Positions 6,872-12,410 of a stretch of DNA of 12,410 bases are shown here, piece by piece. The stretch is taken from positions 1 to 12,410 of the forward strand of contig JANRJP010000031.1 in the NCBI GenBank assembly GCA_033763905.1. The letters are read 5' to 3'. Position 1 is the stretch's first letter. Every line of letters begins with the position of its first letter. The notes under the pieces were generated by a model. That model was not told the DNA's origin. It did not search any database and worked only from the letters and a program-made list of their open reading frames with translations. The DNA is from Gemmatimonadaceae bacterium. GTDB lineage: Bacteria; Gemmatimonadota; Gemmatimonadetes; Gemmatimonadales; Gemmatimonadaceae. A program made the translations under genes and the position numbers.

Positions 6872-8637
6872 TGCGATCCGTTGTCCGTATTCCGCAGCGC
6901 GCGCTGGCCCTTGGAGCCATCGCTGGCGCTGTCCTGTCCGCCGACGTCGGCGCACAGCCGTCGACGACCGACCCGCGCGTCGGCCTGAAGGCCGGCTGGT
7001 ATGACGCCGGCCAGGCCATTCTGGGACTCAAGCTCGTCGGGCATCACAACAAGCCCGACGGATTCTTCGACGCCAACCGGCCGGGCGAGTTCCGCTATGC
7101 GAACTCTGATCTCGCGTTCAAGGGCACCTTGGTCTTTCAGGGCGGCTACAACGGCATCCAAGTGTGGGATATCGCCAATCCCGCCGCGCCCACGTTGAAG
7201 CTCGGCTTCAAGTGCCCCGGGGGACAGGGCGACGTCTCGGTGTATGGCAACCTGCTGTTCCACTCGGTCGAAGAGCGCAGCGGCCGCGTCGATTGCGGTC
7301 CCCAGGGTGCGCCCGACAGCGTGAGCGCCGAGCGCTTCCTCGGCGTTCGCATCTTCGACATCTCGGATGTGACCGCGCCGAAGCAGGTCGCCGCGATTCA
7401 GTCGTGCCGCGGCTCACACACCCACACGCTGGTGACCAAGCCCGGCGAGACTGGCAAGATCTGGGTGTACATCTCGGGCACCAGCGGCGCCCGGAGCCCG
7501 AGCGAACTCGCCGGGTGCAGCCCGAAGAGCCCCAAGGAGGATCCGAACACGTCGTACTTCCGGATCGATGTGGTCGAAGTGCCGCTGGACGCGCCGCAGA
7601 ATGCACGCATCGTCGGTGGTCCGCGCATTTTCGCCGACAAGAACGGCAAGCTCGACGGGCTCTGGAAGGGGGGCGACCACGGCCCGAACACGCAGAACAC
7701 CTCGGATACCGATCAGTGCCACGACATCACCGCGTATCCCGCGATCGGACTCGCGGCGGGCGCGTGCTCGGGCAACGGCATCCTGCTCGACATCAAGGAT
7801 CCGGCCAATCCGAAGCGCATCACCGAAGTGATCGACCCGAACTTCGCGTACTGGCACTCGGCCACGTTCAACAATGCCGGCACCACCGTGCTCTTCTCGG
7901 ACGAATGGGGCGGCGGCACGCAGCCGCGTTGCCGCGTGACCGATCGGCTCGAGTGGGGCGCGGACGCAATCTTCACGCTGGCGAATCGCAAGCTCAAGCA
8001 CGCGGGCTACTTCAAGTTGCCCGCCGCGCAGACGCCGGAAGAGAACTGCGTCGCCCATAACGGGTCGCTGATTCCGGTCCCGGGTCGAGACGTGATGGTG
8101 CAGTCGTGGTATCAGGGTGGCATCTCCGTCTTCGACTTCACCAATCCGGCCAAGCCGGTGGAGATCGCGTACTTCGATCGTGGGCCAATGGACGCGACGA
8201 CGCCCGTGTTGAGCGGGTTCTGGTCGGCGTACTGGTACAACGGCCGCATCATCGGGTCCGAGATCGGACGCGGACTGGACATCTTCGAGCTCGTGCCGAG
8301 CGAGCAACTGACGGCGAACGAGATCGAGGCCGCCAAGCTGGTGCAGGTGGCGCAGCTCAACGCGCAGCATCAGGACAAGATCGAGTGGCCGGCCGCGTTC
8401 CCCGTGGCCAAGGCCTACGTGGACCAGCTTGGTCGTTCGCAGGGGCTCTCGGCGGTGCGGTTGACGGCCGTGTCCGGGGTATTGACGGCCGCCGAGATGG
8501 CGCCTGAGGCCGCCGCCAAGCGGCGTCTGCTCGATCCGCTCGCGCGGCAGCTCGACGCCGACGCTCGTGGTTCGAGCGACCCGGTGAAGGTGCGGCTGCT
8601 GGCGGATGTCGTGCGCCGCATCGCGAAGGGCGGCTGA
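6871..8637 (+). CDS. Exported LVIVD-repeat beta-propeller protein (588 aa)
   Basis: The ATG at 6871 overlaps the DUF305 TGA (TGATG). Signal peptide ending ...SADVGA|Q. LVIVD-type repeats IQVWDIANPAAP, VRIFDISDVTAP, ILLDIKDPANP and ISVFDFTNPAKP. It has 8 Cys, the motifs GSHTH, QCHDI, YWHSA, DEWGGG and NCVAHN, and a helical C-terminal ~80 aa. Confidence 0.9.
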   Translation: MRSVVRIPQRALALGAIAGAVLSADVGAQPSTTDPRVGLKAGWYDAGQAILGLKLVGHHNKPDGFFDANRPGEFRYANSDLAFKGTLVFQGGYNGIQVWDIANPAAPTLKLGFKCPGGQGDVSVYGNLLFHSVEERSGRVDCGPQGAPDSVSAERFLGVRIFDISDVTAPKQVAAIQSCRGSHTHTLVTKPGETGKIWVYISGTSGARSPSELAGCSPKSPKEDPNTSYFRIDVVEVPLDAPQNARIVGGPRIFADKNGKLDGLWKGGDHGPNTQNTSDTDQCHDITAYPAIGLAAGACSGNGILLDIKDPANPKRITEVIDPNFAYWHSATFNNAGTTVLFSDEWGGGTQPRCRVTDRLEWGADAIFTLANRKLKHAGYFKLPAAQTPEENCVAHNGSLIPVPGRDVMVQSWYQGGISVFDFTNPAKPVEIAYFDRGPMDATTPVLSGFWSAYWYNGRIIGSEIGRGLDIFELVPSEQLTANEIEAAKLVQVAQLNAQHQDKIEWPAAFPVAKAYVDQLGRSQGLSAVRLTAVSGVLTAAEMAPEAAAKRRLLDPLARQLDADARGSSDPVKVRLLADVVRRIAKGG

Positions 8638-8642
8638 TCGTC

Positions 8643-8665
8643 CGGCCGCGCCCTCGGCGCGGCCG
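8643..8665 (+). terminator. Strong GC hairpin after the LVIVD gene (U-less terminator or mRNA-stabilising stem)
   Basis: CGGCCGCGCC-ctc-GGCGCGGCCG is a perfect 10-bp stem 5 nt after the stop. It is followed by AAAC rather than a U-tract. Confidence 0.5.
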
Positions 8666-8699
8666 AAACTGGACGGCGTGAACGCGAGTAGTAGAGCGG

Positions 8700-10892
8700 G
8701 TGATCCTGCCTCTCCTGCTCGCGTTCGGCGTTTCGGCCGTGGATTCGGTGCCGGCGCCGTCGCTCGATACCCTGCTCGCCCGCGCGCGCCGTGCCGCGCA
8801 TCGACCGGCGCCAGTGCTCCGTGGCTATGAAGCCCGCGCCGAGACCGAAATCTCGCTGCTGCTCAACACGCCAGCAGACATGCCCGGTGCCGTCGCGGGT
8901 ACCCGCGCAGGGACGATGGAAGTGGCGCCGCTCGTCGAACAGCTGGCCGCGAGAGTCACTTGGCAGCGGGACGGCGAGTATGCGCAGCACGTGGTGGGCT
9001 ATCGGGCGCAATCGCTGAACGTCAGTTATTCGACCCTCTCGTTCTTTCGCCACAGTCCCGTGGTCCCGGTCCTGTACGGCGACCGCTGGTGGCTCTTCTT
9101 TGCCAGCGACACGATCGGCAAGGGGGAGCGCCGCCGACCGCCGAGCGCGGCCGTGTCGCCCTTCGGCCGCGACGGCGCGACGACCTACACCTTTGCCGGC
9201 GGCGATACGGTCGCGACGCTCATCCTCGGCGGACGTCGGGTGCCGCTCGCGCGCATTGTGGTCGCGCCACGTCCCGACCTGCCACGCGGCCGACTCGCGC
9301 TCGTCGGCGACGTCATCATCGACGCCGAGCGCGGAGACATCGTGCGCATTCGCGGACGCGTCGTCGGACGGTCCGCGCCGCCGGTGTCGGGGGACACGGC
9401 CCCCAAGCGGCGCGGGATCGGTGACCGGATCGGCAGCGTGATGGTCGGGCTCGCAGGGTTCACTCCCGCCGCCTACGTCGAGCTCGAGAATCAGGAGATC
9501 GACGGACAGTGGTGGTTGCCACGGACCCAGCGGATCGAAATGCAGGTCCAGACGTCGCTCGGCGACGGCCGCGCCATCGTCCGTACCGTCAGCCGGATGC
9601 GCGACTACGCGCTGCAACGGGAGCAGACGCCGCAGACCGCCGATACCGTCGTCGCGCTGCGCACCGTGCCCGCCACCCTGACGTTCGCCAGCGCCGACAC
9701 CGTGCGGGCGCACCGCGACTGGCAGCGTGAGATCGGTCGCGTGACGGCCGAAGCGGCAGCGACCGACTTTGACGACATCGCGCCGCAACGTCTGCGTTCC
9801 ACTGGCCGGCCCGTGCTGCGGCCGCAGCTACGTCGGCCCACGGAGTTCCTGCGCTACGACAAGGTGCAGGGACTATTCGTCGGATTCGGCGCGCAGTGGC
9901 GGGCCCGTGATCTGATGCCGGGACTGCAGGCGCGCGGCAACGCGGGGCTCGCCCTCGGCGAACGCACCGCACGCGGCAACCTCGAGACGACCTTCGATCG
10001 CGGGCAGCACATCTGGTTGTTCCGCGCCGAACACTCGCTCGCGAGCACCAACGATCTCACGCAGCCCTACGCCGAGATCACCGGACTTGGCGGCTTCTTC
10101 GGGGTCGACGATGCCGACTACGTGCATCGTGATCGGGTGCAACTCGGGATCACGCGGCTCTTGGACGACCGAGCGGACGCCGCGTTGCGCGTCGAAGTCG
10201 GCTGGGGGCGTGATGCGCCGCGTGCGAACAGCGTGCGCGGCGGTCCCTTCGGCGGCGCGCCGTTCCGCGTCAATCGGCCGGTCGACGGCGGGCACTATCT
10301 GTCGACGATGCTTGCGCTCGATGTCGGGCGCGCTGTGCTGTCGCAGGGTGTGCAGTCGGGTACCGGGGCACAGCTGTCGGTCGAGCGGGGCGACGGCGAA
10401 CTCGAGTTCACGCGCATCGATGCCCGCGTGGTGGCGCGCCGTCAATGGGGGCCGGTGATCGGCACCAGCCGCGTGCAGCTCGCGACGCTGGTGGGTCCGT
10501 CGGCGCCGGTACAGCGGCTCGTGGAACTCGGCGGCCCGACGAGCCTCCCCGGATTCGGATACAAGGCGTTCACGGGCACGCGTGGCGCGCTCTCCCGCGC
10601 GACGCTGTCCTATGTGCTGCCGATTCTGTCGCAGCCGCTCCGATTCGGGCGCCTCGCGCTGCCGGCGCTGGCGCCATCACCGTCGATCGGCGTGACCGCA
10701 GGCGTCATCGAAAGCGCCGCGGCCGCTCAGGGGCGGATCGCGGCGCTCGGATGGAACGGTAGCCAGGGCGTGCGGGGCTCGGTGGATCTTCGGATGCGCT
10801 TCTTCGGGGGTGGCTTCAGCGCCGGCGTGGCGCGGGCGTTCGATGCCGGCGCCCCGTGGCGCGCCGTCGTGAGCTTTGGTGGCGATCTGTGA
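8700..10892 (+). CDS. Outer-membrane protein with C-terminal Omp85/BamA-TamA-like barrel, DUF5686-like architecture (730 aa)
   Basis: GTG start with hydrophobic leader MILPLLLAFGVSA. The N-terminal domain is beta-rich (GDVIIDAERGDIVRIRG, YVELENQEIDGQWWLP). RYDKVQGLFVGFG marks the barrel start, followed by many amphipathic strands and a loop-6-like ELGGPTSLPGFGYKAFTG. Confidence 0.7.
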   Translation: MILPLLLAFGVSAVDSVPAPSLDTLLARARRAAHRPAPVLRGYEARAETEISLLLNTPADMPGAVAGTRAGTMEVAPLVEQLAARVTWQRDGEYAQHVVGYRAQSLNVSYSTLSFFRHSPVVPVLYGDRWWLFFASDTIGKGERRRPPSAAVSPFGRDGATTYTFAGGDTVATLILGGRRVPLARIVVAPRPDLPRGRLALVGDVIIDAERGDIVRIRGRVVGRSAPPVSGDTAPKRRGIGDRIGSVMVGLAGFTPAAYVELENQEIDGQWWLPRTQRIEMQVQTSLGDGRAIVRTVSRMRDYALQREQTPQTADTVVALRTVPATLTFASADTVRAHRDWQREIGRVTAEAAATDFDDIAPQRLRSTGRPVLRPQLRRPTEFLRYDKVQGLFVGFGAQWRARDLMPGLQARGNAGLALGERTARGNLETTFDRGQHIWLFRAEHSLASTNDLTQPYAEITGLGGFFGVDDADYVHRDRVQLGITRLLDDRADAALRVEVGWGRDAPRANSVRGGPFGGAPFRVNRPVDGGHYLSTMLALDVGRAVLSQGVQSGTGAQLSVERGDGELEFTRIDARVVARRQWGPVIGTSRVQLATLVGPSAPVQRLVELGGPTSLPGFGYKAFTGTRGALSRATLSYVLPILSQPLRFGRLALPALAPSPSIGVTAGVIESAAAAQGRIAALGWNGSQGVRGSVDLRMRFFGGGFSAGVARAFDAGAPWRAVVSFGGDL

Positions 10893-10916
10893 GCGCCACC
10901 AAAGCCCACGCCTTGG

Positions 10917-11492
10917 TCAGAGATCGTTGACCGAGGTGACGATCTTCCCAGCCACACCGTAGGCGATCGCGGCGTCGGCGTCGAGCCAGAAGTTGCGATT
11001 GGTATCCTCTTCGATGCGCTCGAACGGCTGACCCGTCGCCTTGGCGAAGATCTTGTTCAGGCGCTCGCGCATCTTGAGGATCTCGCGCGCTTCGATCGCG
11101 ATATCCGACGCTGTGCCGCCACCGCCGCCCGCCGGTTGATGCAACAGGAAGCGGGTGTTCGGCAGGCAGTACCGACGCTCCACCGGCACCGAGACGTAGA
11201 TCAGCGCGCCGGCACTTGCGACCCAGCCGGTGCCGACGATGCGGACCGGCGCCGACACGAAGCGGATCATATCGTGGATCGTATCACCCGCCTCGACGTG
11301 GCCGCCCTGCGAGTTGAGGTAGACCGTGATCGGTTCGTCGCTTTCGTACGACATCGCGATGAGCTGCGTCGACACGCGCTCCGCGAGCTCCTGGTCGATG
11401 CCGCCGCTGATGATGATCGCGCGGGCCTTGAACAGCCGATCGGCGTAGGGGTCGTGGGCGGCCGCAGCGGGGGCCGTCTCGTGCTTGGGCAT
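10917..11492 (-). CDS. clpP: ATP-dependent Clp protease proteolytic subunit, Listeria ClpP1 / Pseudomonas ClpP2-like isoform (191 aa)
   Basis: Motifs [24 protein letters not shown] (Ser93), FLLHQP (His118) and DTNRNFWL (Asn167 at the catalytic Asp position). SD-like GAGGA lies 6 nt before ATG 11492. Confidence 0.95.
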   Translation of the reverse strand: MPKHETAPAAAAHDPYADRLFKARAIIISGGIDQELAERVSTQLIAMSYESDEPITVYLNSQGGHVEAGDTIHDMIRFVSAPVRIVGTGWVASAGALIYVSVPVERRYCLPNTRFLLHQPAGGGGGTASDIAIEAREILKMRERLNKIFAKATGQPFERIEEDTNRNFWLDADAAIAYGVAGKIVTSVNDL

Positions 11493-11531
11493 AGCTCGTC
11501 CTCGAGGCGTGTGACTGTCTGTTGAACGTAT

Positions 11532-11565
11532 CCGGGGGCGGGTCAATTTGCACGACTGCCCCCGG
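11532..11565 (-). terminator. GC hairpin between tex and clpP
   Basis: CCGGGGGC (11532-11539) pairs with GCCCCCGG (11558-11565) and can be extended by GTC/GAC with a bulge. It starts 8 nt after the tex stop and has no U-tract. Confidence 0.45.
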
Positions 11566-11573
11566 GGACATAC

Positions 11574-12410
11574 TCAGGTGAACCGCATCCCGTTCCGGGC
11601 GATCGTCCCGCGGGTCGGGATCGACGGCGCCTGCGCCGGTGCCGGGGCCTTCGCCGAGGGCTGGCCGCGCCGCCCACTTGAAGTCTCGGCACCCTTGGTC
11701 TTCATCGTGAGGGCGATCCGGTTCCGCGCCAAGTCCACCTCGACCACGGTCACCTTCACTTTCTGCCCCACCTTCACGACGTCATTCGGATCCGCCACGT
11801 ACCGATCGGCCAACTGACTCACGTGCACCAGACCATCCTGGTGCACGCCCACATCCACGAAACAGCCGAACGCCACGATGTTCGTCACGACGCCGTCCAG
11901 CACCATCCCGGGCCTGAGATCCTTGGGTTCGAGCAGGTCGTCGCGGAAGCTCGGCGGTTCGAACGCGGCGCGCGGATCGCGCCCCGGCTTGGCCAGCTCC
12001 GCGCGAATGTCCTGCAGCGTGGGCAGGCCGACGTCATCCGACACGTAGCGGGCCCAGTCGAGCCGGGACAGCAACGTCTCGTTCCCGATCAGCGCGGCGA
12101 CATCGATCCCCGCATCCGCGGCAATGCGCTCCACCAGCGCGTAGCGCTCCGGATGCACCGCCGACGCGTCGAGCGGATGCGCGCCATCGCGCACGCGCAG
12201 GAAGCCGCCAGCCTGCTCGAAGGCCTTGGCACCGAGACGCGGCACCTCCTTGAGGTCCGCCCGAGAACGGAATCCGCCGCGACCGTCGCGCACCGTCACG
12301 ATGCTCTGCGCCAGTGTCGGCCCGATCCCTGCCACGTACGACAGCAGCGCGGCCGAGGCCGTGTTGAGTTCCACGCCCACGCGATTCACGCAGCTCTCGA
12401 CGGTTTCATC
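11574..12410 (-). CDS. tex: Tex (YhgF) RNA-binding transcription accessory protein, 3' part (runs off the right edge)
   Basis: The frame is open to the window end (DETVESCVNRVGVELNTAS...). It has HhH motifs (VAGIGPTLA, VPRLGAKAFEQAGGFLR), PLDASAVHPERY, ELAKPGRDPR and the S1 domain GVVTNIVAFGCFVDVGVHQDGLVHVSQL. Confidence 0.96.
   Translation of the reverse strand, partial: DETVESCVNRVGVELNTASAALLSYVAGIGPTLAQSIVTVRDGRGGFRSRADLKEVPRLGAKAFEQAGGFLRVRDGAHPLDASAVHPERYALVERIAADAGIDVAALIGNETLLSRLDWARYVSDDVGLPTLQDIRAELAKPGRDPRAAFEPPSFRDDLLEPKDLRPGMVLDGVVTNIVAFGCFVDVGVHQDGLVHVSQLADRYVADPNDVVKVGQKVKVTVVEVDLARNRIALTMKTKGAETSSGRRGQPSAKAPAPAQAPSIPTRGTIARNGMRFT

Noticed and set aside
906..9788. Long antisense or alternate-frame ORFs (e.g. 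906..1991, 3346..4602, 5185..6117, 7414..8370, 8415..9788)
   Set aside because: These are typical stop-poor shadow frames of high-GC genes. They have no motifs and lie on top of well-supported CDS.
11541..11550. CtsR-box-like GGTCAA upstream of clpP
   Set aside because: It is a single half-site with no direct repeat, and it lies within a hairpin.
1..12410. CRISPR array, tRNA/rRNA, IS/integrase, prophage or defence genes
   Set aside because: No regularly spaced repeats, RNA-gene signatures or mobile-element motifs were seen. Intergenic gaps are all under about 85 bp and the composition looks uniform by eye.

Overview
High-GC, gene-dense bacterial window with ten CDS. The gene content and signal-peptide style suggest Gemmatimonadota, but this is inference only. 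No RNA genes, mobile elements or CRISPR arrays were seen. Left to right: a partial secreted DUF6265-like gene (-, missing from the ORF track); a small predicted outer-membrane beta-barrel protein (+); a minus-strand run of a stand-alone long-tailed FabH, a secreted M24 metallopeptidase, a DUF445 membrane protein and a FecR-domain protein; a divergent plus-strand run of a His/Met-rich DUF305 protein, an LVIVD beta-propeller (TGATG-coupled to it) and an Omp85/DUF5686-like barrel protein; a Listeria-ClpP1-type clpP with Asn in place of the catalytic Asp (-); and the 3' part of tex (-). The best candidate for an undescribed system is 4692-10892. There, a membrane-tethered protein that appears to fuse a degenerate ECF sigma-2 domain (no visible sigma-4) to a FecR sensor lies 44 bp head-to-head with an exported metal-binder, 4-His propeller and outer-membrane barrel gene trio. 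Domain calls come from motif recognition by eye and need HMM or structure confirmation.
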